Below the pieces are notes generated by a model. That model worked only from the letters and a program-made list of their open reading frames with translations, was not told the origin of the DNA and did not search any database. The translations under genes and the position numbers were made by a program. A stretch of DNA of 61,497 nucleotides, counting the filler, from Globobulimina sp. (taxonomy: Eukaryota), in NCBI GenBank assembly GCA_003354225.1. It is 22 parts of 22 records of this genome, joined end to end, with 100 filler letters (N's around TTAATTAATTAA, not from the genome) between each part and the next. Parts side by side here need not be neighbours in the genome. Positions count along the whole stretch, not along the records: positions 8,408 to 11,109 come from PIVH01005284.1; positions 11,210 to 13,911 come from PIVH01005285.1; positions 14,012 to 16,713 come from PIVH01005286.1; positions 16,814 to 19,515 come from PIVH01005287.1; positions 19,616 to 22,316 come from PIVH01005288.1; 17 more parts are not named here. One strand, given 5' to 3'. Positions 9,067-19,719 of the stretch are shown one piece after another. The first letter of the stretch is position 1; each line of letters opens with the position of its first letter.

Positions 9067-10632
9067 TTATTTTTTCTTTTGCTTTATCTGTCGAAGCGCA
9101 TTCAGGAATTGTTGATATTTATCATCAGCTCTATTGAAGCAACACAATAACATATCATTCGCCTTCAACGGCGTGTTGGACATTGTGGCTGGATGTTGTA
9201 TCTCTAAATTGACAGCAATGGCATTGATGCCAGATTCAGCCAATTGCGGTGTTTGCGCCAAGGTGGAACCCACCAAACACTCCGGCGTAGGCACACAAGC
9301 AATATAATTCTGCGTCAATTCCTGACAAAACAGCGGCAAACGAATGGAGTCCTGCGCTGTAGAGATATTGCCCAAATATTTCTGTGTGTCTCCCTTTGAC
9401 GCAAACACAACTAACTGCCCATTCTTTTGCAGCACTTGTTTTGGATTCGGTACACTTGTGGCATAATCCACGCTGATTATGTTCATGCCGTTGCTGCGCA
9501 GCGCCGACTCATTGATGGAGACTCCGTACAACGAGGCCGGTGTCTGCAAGATGTAACTGTTGGAATGGAAGAACTCGCGCACTTTCTTCAGCAAAACGGG
9601 CGAAAAAGAGATCTGATTCTGAGGCCCCGCCGGTGGCTCTGCGTATGGCTGAGGCTGCGGCTGCGATGAGAATGCGTTCATTTTCCTTCTCTGTGTTTCT
9701 ATTTGGGACTGGAACTGTGATTGTCGCCGTTGTTGCTGCTGTCGTTGTAGTTGTCTTTGCATCTCAATCTGCTGCATTTGCTGCATTTGGTGTTGTCTTT
9801 GCATTTGCTGTATTTGCTGCATTTGACTGTATTGGCGTTGATTGAATTGGTGATATTGAAACTGATTATAATTGAAAACTGGCTGCGCGTTGACGTTATT
9901 TGGTTGCTTAAAATGGCACAGTTTCATCCTTTTCTGTGGCGGTGGCTGCGACGGGGACGGTGTTGGTTGGATGTCCATTGACTTTGCAGTGCGCTTTTTT
10001 TGTATATTCTTTTTATGGTATTTTTGTGCGCGATGTCTGGAACAATATCCCTCAGTGTCGCGAATGACTAATTCTTTGCAGTTGGAAATTGTGCATAAAT
10101 GCATCTCCATTCGTACGAGCGGAGGTAGCTGGTTTTTAACCTCATCCACGGCCTCTTCAATTCGTAGCTTTGCGGCATGTATACAGTCCGCTGTTTGGTC
10201 TACGGCGCGGATCACAAAATTAGCGATGACTATGCCGGACTCCTTCCTGTGTCTGATGGCAACGTGCACATTGTCCAATTGCTTGGATTTCAATAACTGC
10301 GCAATGGTGCTGTCGTGTAAACCGTTGTTTTTTGCAATGTCCTTCCAACCGATGGATAGGTTCAGTATTTTTATAATAAATCTGCTCTTAATTTCTAGTT
10401 TGTCTTTGTTTTGTTTCTCTAAGAAACAATATTTGTATGGTTGGCAACCAATGTCTATAAATTTGCGCGTTGCAGATCGGCCGCCTTTACATATACGCGA
10501 ATGTTGCCCAACTGCATGGAATATTAGTTGGCAATGCACATAGTCAGAGTGGTATGTAAGATGGGGTACAGATGCGTACATATGTACATACATTGAGCTT
10601 GTGTGTGGAAAGTGCGAAAACAGGTTTGACAT
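9067..10632 (-). CDS. Hypothetical Gln-rich, probably nuclear protein with a C-x4-C-x11-C-x2-H motif
   Basis: 521-aa ORF with CTISNCKELVIRDTEGYCSRH, a basic NLS-like stretch and a poly-Q region. A probable in-frame intron lies near the 5' end. Confidence 0.6.
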   Translation of the reverse strand: MSNLFSHFPHTSSMYVHMYASVPHLTYHSDYVHCQLIFHAVGQHSRICKGGRSATRKFIDIGCQPYKYCFLEKQNKDKLEIKSRFIIKILNLSIGWKDIAKNNGLHDSTIAQLLKSKQLDNVHVAIRHRKESGIVIANFVIRAVDQTADCIHAAKLRIEEAVDEVKNQLPPLVRMEMHLCTISNCKELVIRDTEGYCSRHRAQKYHKKNIQKKRTAKSMDIQPTPSPSQPPPQKRMKLCHFKQPNNVNAQPVFNYNQFQYHQFNQRQYSQMQQIQQMQRQHQMQQMQQIEMQRQLQRQQQQRRQSQFQSQIETQRRKMNAFSSQPQPQPYAEPPAGPQNQISFSPVLLKKVREFFHSNSYILQTPASLYGVSINESALRSNGMNIISVDYATSVPNPKQVLQKNGQLVVFASKGDTQKYLGNISTAQDSIRLPLFCQELTQNYIACVPTPECLVGSTLAQTPQLAESGINAIAVNLEIQHPATMSNTPLKANDMLLCCFNRADDKYQQFLNALRQIKQKKK

Positions 10633-10883
10633 TCTATTAATTTGTGTGATAAATCTAGGATTCGTGGGGTGTTGCTATTGTGAGCTAAACTAGCAGCCAT
10701 TGTGGTGAGTTAAAAAAACTTTTGGAATATATTGTTGATTGATAGTATTAAAAAAAAAACAGAGACAGAGTATCTTGGAAATTATATCTTCAATATTATT
10801 TTGTAGAAAAATTAAATAGAATGGAATGTCTAAAAAAAATAGAACCATTCGGTCATAATTTCAGTAATTTGGTAATTGCATTA

Positions 10884-10977
10884 GGCATTTTTGCTTTATC
10901 GTAAAAATCTATTTTCTAAAGGAAAAAACTGATTTTTTCTGTTTAAAAACAGATTTTTACGATAAAGCAAAAATGCC
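10884..10977. mobile_element. 94-bp mini-MITE
   Basis: Perfect 27-bp TIR GGCATTTTTGCTTTATCGTAAAAATCT / AGATTTTTACGATAAAGCAAAAATGCC, flanked by TA on both sides (10882-10883, 10978-10979). An 18-bp piece of the TIR recurs at 11874-11891 on another contig. Confidence 0.75.
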
Positions 10978-11209
10978 TATTGTTTTGTTTATTTTCAATA
11001 TTACACAATGATTGATATTTGATATTTAATTTTTTTAATATATTCTTAACTCATTTTCTTTTTCTTTTCTTTGTTCTGTTTCGTTAATAATTGTATTATT
11101 TAACCCAATNNNNNNNNNNNNNNNNNNNNNNNNNNNNNNNNNNNNNNNNNNNNTTAATTAATTAANNNNNNNNNNNNNNNNNNNNNNNNNNNNNNNNNNN
11201 NNNNNNNNN

Positions 11210-11856
11210 ACAATGATCCACATCGTGTTCGATTTACAACATCGGATGAAGAGTGGGCAGAATTTGATGAAGCTGATTTTGAGGAAATGTTATCGAAACC
11301 AGTCCCAAAATATAAATGGTTATTAGAGGATCCAATGAGTGCGTTTGGCGAAGCTATGGATTTGGAGATCATTGAAGCCAAAGAGATTGATGAAGGGAAA
11401 TATTTAATGGTTGGGGATCGGGTTAAGTGTATAAAGGAAGTTAAAGAAGAAGAAAAATGTGAACATGGCATTGTTTTAAGAGTGGAACAATCAGATCCAA
11501 CGATAATTGATCCAAATCAAATAAAGGGTGATAAAATATATACGAGTTGGTCGCAACATAAATCATTTATTTTTGAATCAGATGATAAAATTAATGATAT
11601 TGTATTGTTGCGCAGAGGACAGTTATTAGATAAATGGAGCAGAATAAAAGTTGGTGATCGAGTTAAAAGAGGAATTACATGGAAGGAAAAATATGGGAAT
11701 GAAGATGGAGGTCATGACGGAAAGGGAACTGTTGTTTGTTTACAATATGTATTGCAAAGTAGTGGCGTATTAGCAAAGATTGAGTGGGAGAAAACAGGAC
11801 ATATTAATATGTATTCTTGGGGTTTTAAGGATTGTTATGATTTGAAAAAAGTATAA
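11210..11856 (+). CDS. Mib/Herc2-domain protein, C-terminal fragment
   Basis: KVGDRVKRGITWKEKYGNEDGGHDGKGTV...IEWEKTGHINMYSWGFKDCYDL matches the Mib_herc2 consensus (VG.RV.RG.DW.W..QDGG.G..GTV....W..G..N.YR.G...YDL). Confidence 0.85.
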
Positions 11857-11941
11857 TATAATTCTAAATGATCGCATTTTTGCTTTATCGTCATTATCTA
11901 TCAAAAAAACAGTGAAGTCATCTAGTCCCCATCCAGCAATA

Positions 11942-13019
11942 ATGAACTCCTTATTATTATTTGTAACCTTTCTTGCAATCGGTTATTCACAGCAAAGAAC
12001 CTGTGAATTTAGAGCAACAGTGCCAAATTCAAAAGAACCGTATTTATTAAATTTAACCCAAATCTCGACTTGGATATTAGAACAAGAACAACCAGACCAT
12101 TTTTATTATTACAGTCCATGTCGTAATGGCCTACAATGCCAACAAGGCACCGCCAATTTTTATTCGAACACCGCACAGTATAAACAAGGTGCAAATCAAT
12201 GTGTACATTATTTATCGGTCGATCATCACGAAGACGCAGCGTATTCATTTCATGTCAATGCGTGGCGTTTCTCTTATGCAGACGGCCAATTATGTGATAT
12301 TACGCAGCAACCACGTACCATGAATATATATTATCATTGTAATGACATCAATAACAATTCTCCGGCACAGATTGAGGCGGTACAAGAGCCATCGCCCTGT
12401 AATTATGACATTACTATCAAATCGACCTTAGCCTGCGTACCGGAAAACGAATATAACAAAAATTGCCAATGGAAAGAACAAGTGCCAGGTTTACAGTCTT
12501 GGAAATTCCTCGATTTATCCGAGTTAAAAGGCAGAGTGATTCATGCGCCGTGGGGCAATGGTTACGATTATCATTACAGTGTATGTGCCAATGGCATACA
12601 TTGCTGGCAACAGAATGCCGCGAATGTGATGGCTGGCGTTGATAACAGAGCCACTGGGACATGTGATCATAATTTAGGTGTTTGGGAAAACGGAAACGGT
12701 GTGTTGTTGTATTTTATATTGTGTATAGTATATAGTATATATGTGCATGTCATGTGTGTAATAAATAGTTCATCCATTTATTCAAACGAATACGAATCCT
12801 TTTCATTGGTCGTTTCATTATTTTAATGGTGATAAATGTACTGATGGCCGACAGGGTGAATTTCGGGTGAGGTGGTTTTGTGATGCGAGAGTTGATGATT
12901 ATAAAATATTGGACGAAGGGATGCAGGGCGATTGTGATTTCTTTTTAAATCTCTCATCAAAGCATGCCTGCATGGATCAAGAACCAAAGTGGATTCCGGC
13001 TAAAGCTGCCTTTGCTTAA
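11942..13019 (+). CDS. Secreted protein with two mannose-6-phosphate-receptor homology (MRH)-like domains, 2 exons
   Basis: Signal peptide and two Cys-patterned repeats (YYYSPCRNG...YADGQLC...EPSPCNYDITIKSTLAC; YSVCANG...YFNGDKC...GDCDFFLNLSSKHAC). Intron 12699-12768 restores the frame. No TM segment. Confidence 0.7.
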
Positions 13020-13225
13020 ACACTTGTAGTTTTTTATAATTAGTATATATTATATAAATAATGACGTGCTTTTTAATTAATAATCAGATTGTTATGATTT
13101 GAAAAAGGTATAATTCTAAATGATCGCTAAAAATAATACAAGCACAAGAAATTTGTAAGGAACTATTGTATACAAAACAACATAAAAAAAACTATATTAC
13201 ACAATTGCAACAAATATACAAATGT

Positions 13226-13911
13226 CTACCGTCTCCAGGCAATAACATAAGCGCCAGAAGGTAGCTTAAAGCCACAATCATATTTATCACTGAATCGCGA
13301 ATAAATATCATAACTCGGTCTTTTCGCGGTAGACCTCGCATAATGGCATCCTTCGCCATATCTATCATCCATCAAATCGCAAATCTTATTCACGGAGCGA
13401 TCCTCATATTCAATACTTATTTTCTTGACATATTTTTCAAACTGCACTCGTGACACTTTTGGCTGTTTACATTCCCGATGTCTGCATGCCCTATAAACCA
13501 TTATATGTTTCCCCGAAATCTCTTTATGTTTCCGTACATAATCACCTTTGACCCAGTACGATATCGCCGGCTGTTTACCACTCTCCGATACCATACAAAC
13601 CGTATCCGAATCTCCAAATTGCCCATCAAAAAATTTACAGATTTTCTTGGCAATATCAAAATTATCCCGCAATGAATCGTCATTTATAAAAATATCCTGC
13701 AACGGCACTGCCATAAATTCATCCACAGACATTGTTTTTTTTGATAAGCCAAGATTTGGTGGTCTCGCTGCTCGCTCTTTAAATTTATTTGTTTGCGCTT
13801 CTTTCTTTTCATCATCGTAATATAATGGCTTTTCTTTCTCTTTCTCCTTCATTGCCATTGGCTGTGGCTGTGGCTGTGGTTTTGGTTTTGGTTTTGGTGC
13901 TGGTGGTTCAC
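13226..13911 (-). CDS. Hypothetical protein, 5'-partial, with a Pro-rich linker and two small repeated alpha/beta domains
   Basis: Open to the contig end (PAPKPKPKPQPQPQP). DIAKKICKFFDGQFG and NKICDLMDDRYG are weakly dynein-light-chain-like. Confidence 0.55.
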
Positions 13912-14011
13912 NNNNNNNNNNNNNNNNNNNNNNNNNNNNNNNNNNNNNNNNNNNNTTAATTAATTAANNNNNNNNNNNNNNNNNNNNNNNNNNNNNNNNN
14001 NNNNNNNNNNN

Positions 14012-16466
14012 TCGCGAAGGTGATCTCAGTCGCGCGGCTGCAGCGTTAACGACTAATGGTATGGCCCCATTAACAGAAACAATTAAACAAGAATTAATTG
14101 ACAAGCATCCAGCACAAATTCGACCCGATCTGACTATATTTAATTTGGATAACTCACCGGAAATCGAGTTAATTGCCGGCGAAGTATTCAAAACATGCCT
14201 CAAACAGCAACGATTAGGAGGTTCCGGACCATCGTCATTGAGGCCGTATCATATTAGACAATGTGCGCGGAGCTTTAGTGGACGTAAATTGGCGTTAAGC
14301 ATCGCAAAATTTGGGCGGTGTTTGTTTAGAGGTGATTTTCCTCTGTATTTAGGTAAATATTTCGCAGCGTCGTCATTATATCCGCTATGGAAAGATTGCA
14401 CGTTAACTCGTGTCCGGCCTATAGCAGCCGGCGACGTCTTAGATAGAATTATTGGTCGTACTGTTATGAGGAATAAAAGAATGGAATGGCGCGACTTATT
14501 GGAGCCAGAACAATTGTGTTTATCCGAACGCGGCACAGAAAAATGTATTTTTGCGTGCAAGCACGCGATTGCCGCTAATCAGAACAATAAGGATTGGATT
14601 ATGGTGGCAGTGGATATTAAAAATGCTTATAATTCGGGCGATAGACAGATTAAATTGATAGCAACACAGAAATATGCGCCGGAATTGTTGAATTTTGAAA
14701 TATTAAAATATAACGATAGTATACCATTATATTTATCTGACGGTACAGTGGTGCAGTCACAAGCCGGTGGCAAACAAGGCGACACATTGGCTGGTTTGAA
14801 TCATGGTTTGTATGACAAACATATAGTCGATCCAATACGATCCAAGCCGCAGTATAATAATTTATTAAACGTCGCATTCGCCGATGATAGAAATTTTGGC
14901 GGCGATACTAAAACTGCAGCAAATTTTTACAGGGAAACTCGCGAAGCTTTGGGAAAAGCCGGAAGCGAATATGGATCGGTTAAATGTTTTATTTTCATGC
15001 ATCCGGATAATCCATATATCGATCAAACCGTTATTGAAGCGGACGAGAAGAAAGCCGAACAACTCCGACATCGTAAAATTAGGCAAATGTTTGGAGATTC
15101 GGATATATCCATTAATTATGGATTCAATATGAAATTATTGGGAGCATATATTGGCGAAGATGCGTACGTAAAAGAAAGAGTTAGCGAGAAAGTCAAAGAT
15201 TTACAGTTTCTCATGGATCAAGCCGCTGCTTTGGAGGATACGCAGGCGGCAGTTTTATTACTATCAAATTGTTTCGATGCGTGTCGATTAAATCATATTA
15301 TTCGTACGACGCATCCATTGATTATTATTGATGCTTTAAAGGATTTTGATTATTCATTAAAAGAATCGTTCGAACGTATTTTCGGTCGAACTTTTACCGA
15401 TTTTGAATTTATGGAATTTTGTTTGGGAGTTAAGGAGGGCGGTCATGGAGTTCGCACAATTGAAGACATTTCATACGCGGCTTATCTGGGTTCCTACGCC
15501 CAAACAATTCCATATTTGCAAACTATTGGTACCAACATTGAATGTGATCTTTTATCAAATTATATCTATGAAGATTTTATTGCATTGAAGCGGTTATTTT
15601 GCGAGAAATATCATGTCGATCCATCAAAATTAAGCGATAATTCATTATTGAATCAAGAAACATTATCGGATCATATTAAAGAGTATAGGTTGACTCAGTT
15701 TGAATCTGGCCTGAGTTCAGCCATTAACAAAAGTCGACATTCAACAGCAAAGGCTGCCAATTCAGGCGCTTGGATTCGTGCCAAGCCAACAAGAACAGCA
15801 ACTATTTTACCTCCGATATCTTATAAATTTGCAACATATTCAAGGTATGGATGGAAGATATTTGATTGGAATGTGGATGAGAAAAATTGTGTGGATTGCG
15901 ATAAGGAAATGGATGCTTATGGCGCCCATTGTATTAATTGTGGCAGTCGGGATGGAGTATTTACATATACACATAATAAAATTAGGGATTGTCTCGTTCA
16001 TTATTCAAAACGAGCAGGATTTTTAGTTGAAAAGGAGAAACCAGGATTATTAGATTCCGGTGCAAAGCCGGCGGATTTGTATTTATTCAATTACTTAAAA
16101 GGTCAAGATTATGCATTTGATGTGACTGTGGTGTCACCGTATAAATCAAATCAATTGGCTGAAACTATCCGGTTTACCGGTATTTCAGCTGATATTGCTA
16201 TTCGTAATAAATATAAGAAATATGAAGAAGATATCAAATCAGTTCATTGGAAATTTCAACCGATTGCTTTCGAAAGAAGTGGTGGGTGGAGTTTACCCGC
16301 TCAGCTATTTGTTAAGCGAATTGCGAAGCAGTATGGATCTAAATTTAATATCAATTCAAATATTATTATCAATATTATTACATCGGAGATTAGCTGTATT
16401 CTTCTTAAAAACACAGCTTATATGATTTCAAAACGTAAAGTCGATAACGGTCCTTCGTTTTTGTAG
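14012..16466 (+). mobile_element. CRE-like non-LTR retrotransposon: reverse transcriptase + CCHC + RLE, 5'-truncated by the contig
   Basis: RT motifs GPSSL, RPIAAG, DIKNAYNS, GGKQGDTLA, FADD, LLGAYIG. RLE motifs CVDC..D.YGAHCINC, HNKIRD, KPADL, FDVTV, KYKKY, PIAFERSGG. Uninterrupted ORF of over 800 aa. Confidence 0.92.
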
Positions 16467-16815
16467 AAGTTGTTTCATTTTGTTATTCTTTAATCAAAGT
16501 TTCCTTTTTTGTGAATCTTTTTGTGTTTATTGTTTCGTTTTGTTTTTTTATATTTTTAAGTTCAGCTCACAAAGTTTAGTAGTTAAAAATTGAATATAAT
16601 ATTATAGAATAGAAATGTACAAAAATCAATCACTATTATGATTATTCATTAATTCTCCCAATTGCATAATTGTTTGATCTTGTTTTATTTTTGATATTTC
16701 ATCAATATTTTCTNNNNNNNNNNNNNNNNNNNNNNNNNNNNNNNNNNNNNNNNNNNNTTAATTAATTAANNNNNNNNNNNNNNNNNNNNNNNNNNNNNNN
16801 NNNNNNNNNNNNNAT

Positions 16816-17421
16816 TTTGAAAATAATAAACTTATTGAATTACACTCTATTGAAGATACAGCCGAGAACAGAGAAAAATATGAAAAATCTAATGGCTCGA
16901 TTATAACTGAAAAGGACTGTTCTTTAACAAATACGCATCCATTATTTATAAAAAGAAAGGAAGGAAGTTTTCTCCTTCAGAGTCTATTTCTTATAAGCCT
17001 TATAATTTTTATTCCTCAATTATCCTATTATCTTCAGATAAAAAAAGAGGAAGAATATAAAGTTAAACTGGAAAATACAATCCAGAAAATGACTATAAAA
17101 AGTATGGAAGTCTCAGCTACGGAAGAGGAGATGTCCCGGCTGACTATAAACTATGATAATCTTATACAGAACAAACCATTAAATATCTACAACTTTGTAT
17201 CAGACCTTTCCAGTGCTTTAGGAACTGATACAATTATTGAATCACTAGTCCTAAAAGATAATAGTTTTCAGATGAATGGAAGAGGTTTAAATCCACTTAA
17301 AAAAATGGAGAGATTTCAGGATAACCAACTGTTTAATTCAGTCCTACCTTATCAGGTGCAGACTGTAGATGGCAGTTCTATGGAAAAGTTTTCTTTAACG
17401 GGGTTTTACGGAAATGAATAA
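16816..17421 (+). CDS. Bacterial PilN/GspL-like membrane protein fragment (type IV pilus/T2SS assembly)
   Basis: Frame is open from the contig start: one TM helix (FLLQSLFLISLIIFIPQL), a coiled coil, then a small alpha/beta C-terminal domain. The next ORF (MNKDRKILLIILFFSL) starts at 17414 overlapping the stop, as in an operon. No introns. Confidence 0.5.
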   Translation, partial: FENNKLIELHSIEDTAENREKYEKSNGSIITEKDCSLTNTHPLFIKRKEGSFLLQSLFLISLIIFIPQLSYYLQIKKEEEYKVKLENTIQKMTIKSMEVSATEEEMSRLTINYDNLIQNKPLNIYNFVSDLSSALGTDTIIESLVLKDNSFQMNGRGLNPLKKMERFQDNQLFNSVLPYQVQTVDGSSMEKFSLTGFYGNE

Positions 17422-17467
17422 AGACCGCAAAATACTTCTTATTATACTTTTTTTCTCACTAATATTA

Positions 17468-18889
17468 TCAGTCTCTTTTATGAATATGTTTATTGCGCCA
17501 TTTGGTCAATGTAATATTTATGTGATTGAATGTGGCACCAATGAATCCTCCGCAAATGCCTAAAATCACAAAGCAACACAGATCCACCAAATCAAACACA
17601 CCGATATCATCCACGGGATGTCCAACGAAGTCAATCAAACCCGTTTTTGTTAAGGTGCCGCAATTTCCATTCTGTAGACAGGCTAAAAAAGCCAACACTG
17701 TAAAATTACTGGTCGCCGCACAAAAAAATGCTCGCCAATTTAGGCCAGGCCTCCAAAACGAGGACACTTCTTCCAATGCAAACAGCATCCCACCGATAGG
17801 CGCGCCAAACGCAGCAGACACACCGGCCGCAGCTCCGCATGAAATCAAATCCCGTTTATCTTTGTCAGTACCAAATACATATTTGGACGAAAAGGTTTCT
17901 GGCAAACACCATATGGACGCTCCACCGATGGCAGAGGCAATAGCTGCGCCACTATGCACCATTGGCCCTTCTTTGCCAACCATGAACGAGCCAGAAACTG
18001 CACCGATTATTCCAATCAATTTGGCAAACAATGTCCGCATATAAAATAAGGATGGTATCGAGGAACCATTCAAATATGCTTTGACTTCAGGGATGCCGCT
18101 GCCTAACAAATGCAATTTAAATATATAAGGCAAATGCATCAATGTCACAGAAATATATATTATAATTACAGAACCTGCCGCCTTTGGCGCAAACAAGACA
18201 GCTCCGCCAGCAATGCAAGTCATTGCCAAGCTGAACATGAAAAATGCTGCAAAACCATATGCAAATCCACCAAATAATAATGCCTTTCTGTACCACCACC
18301 ACAATAAGGTCTGTGCGCTGCCAATAATAAGAGTTACAAACACCATACATAAGCCCGTCAGCACTCCGATCAGAATACAGGCGAACCATTTTAATAATCC
18401 TCGCGTTGCGGTTTGCTTGCCGCCTAATAATGTTTTCAATGAATCTAAATGGGTTATTTCATTGTCGACTGTATCAAAATTTAACCTCTCACATTTTCGA
18501 TCTTTTTTTAATTCGTAATGGGGGATATTATCGAAATTATACCTGCCAATTCCGAGTATCTTGTCACTTTTATTGTTTTTGCTGATCATACGTTTGTTTG
18601 GTTTGTTATTGTCATCGATAGCGGCGAGGTCATCGTCGAAACTTAAATGTCTGAGGGTGCATTGATTAAAAAAGTTATTACCTTTTTTTCTTGTGTTTGA
18701 TTCCAGTGTTTTGGATCTATATAGTTTGTGTTTTGATGCATTGCCGCTATGTGAGATTGGCATTGATGTATACTTTTCTTGTAATTCTATATCGCTTTCT
18801 CTTGTATTTTTAGTTTTTCTCTCTGTCTTTTCTTCTTCTAATAATAGTGGTTGACGTAATGCACCACCCTTTTTATAATTGTTTGCCAT
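17468..18889 (-). CDS. CLC family Cl-/H+ antiporter (CLC-6/7-like), 3'-truncated at a chimeric junction
   Basis: GSGIPE, GKEGPM (gating Glu), CGAAAGVSAAFGAPIGG and LEEVSSFW (proton Glu). In-frame 72-bp GT-AG intron at 18103-18174. Confidence 0.93.
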   Translation of the reverse strand: MANNYKKGGALRQPLLLEEEKTERKTKNTRESDIELQEKYTSMPISHSGNASKHKLYRSKTLESNTRKKGNNFFNQCTLRHLSFDDDLAAIDDNNKPNKRMISKNNKSDKILGIGRYNFDNIPHYELKKDRKCERLNFDTVDNEITHLDSLKTLLGGKQTATRGLLKWFACILIGVLTGLCMVFVTLIIGSAQTLLWWWYRKALLFGGFAYGFAAFFMFSLAMTCIAGGAVLFAPKAAGSVIIIYISVTLMHLPYIFKLHLLGSGIPEVKAYLNGSSIPSLFYMRTLFAKLIGIIGAVSGSFMVGKEGPMVHSGAAIASAIGGASIWCLPETFSSKYVFGTDKDKRDLISCGAAAGVSAAFGAPIGGMLFALEEVSSFWRPGLNWRAFFCAATSNFTVLAFLACLQNGNCGTLTKTGLIDFVGHPVDDIGVFDLVDLCCFVILGICGGFIGATFNHINITLTKWRNKHIHKRD

Positions 18890-19719
18890 GCAGTGGTTGA
18901 TAGGATGTCACGATGAGTTTTAATACATGACCCCCCCGGCACTGGTCTATTTTTTGTATAATTATGAGTTGATCAAAGTATATTTGCAAACCAACACAAA
19001 GCTATAGGAAGTGGTTCTGTATAAAAAGTAGACTCCTGGACCACGTGCCATAATGTGACATTATTGAAGTTTTCGCGTTGCTTAAAAAGAAACCATTAAT
19101 TCAAATTATACACAGATCTTCCATCCTTCACGAATTCATCACCAATTCGTCAGACTATAATGGGAAATAATATCCATGTTGGTTTGATATATTTTGATAT
19201 TAATACAAAAAAAACAATCATTTTTTACACAGAAATCAGCGGAAATCAGTAAAACAACAAACAATGAACAGGTGTGTTGTTATTATCTCATCCATAAAAA
19301 ATATAAAAACACAAAAACGATATATATTATATACTGTATACACTATAGAAAGCACACGAAATTTCTCAAAAATCCGCAAAAATGAGTATTTTGGAGAAAT
19401 TAGGGATTAAGACCGGCGATTATGATATTACGCAATTATTTGATGCCGAGAATATTCGAAAAAAAGGTGATTGCTGCTTAGAGAGAGTACGATGTATCTC
19501 ATTAATTTATTGTTCNNNNNNNNNNNNNNNNNNNNNNNNNNNNNNNNNNNNNNNNNNNNTTAATTAATTAANNNNNNNNNNNNNNNNNNNNNNNNNNNNN
19601 NNNNNNNNNNNNNNNAAACGAGCATCAATCAACACAAGAAAATGAGTCGCAACAATTATTATACGCATCAGATAAAGATTTAATTAAATTAGGTGTCAAT
19701 ATGGCTGATTATAAAGATA

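Noticed and set aside
16814-17470. Genuine HGT of bacterial genes (also 44814-45917)
   Set aside because: Genes on both sides are cut mid-sequence at the junctions, and the bacterial parts keep operon/SD features. A chimera is more parsimonious.
18085-18105. Nitrate-selective CLC (relevant to nitrate-storing protists)
   Set aside because: The selectivity motif is GSGIPE (Ser, chloride-type), not GPGIPE as in plant nitrate-preferring CLC-a.
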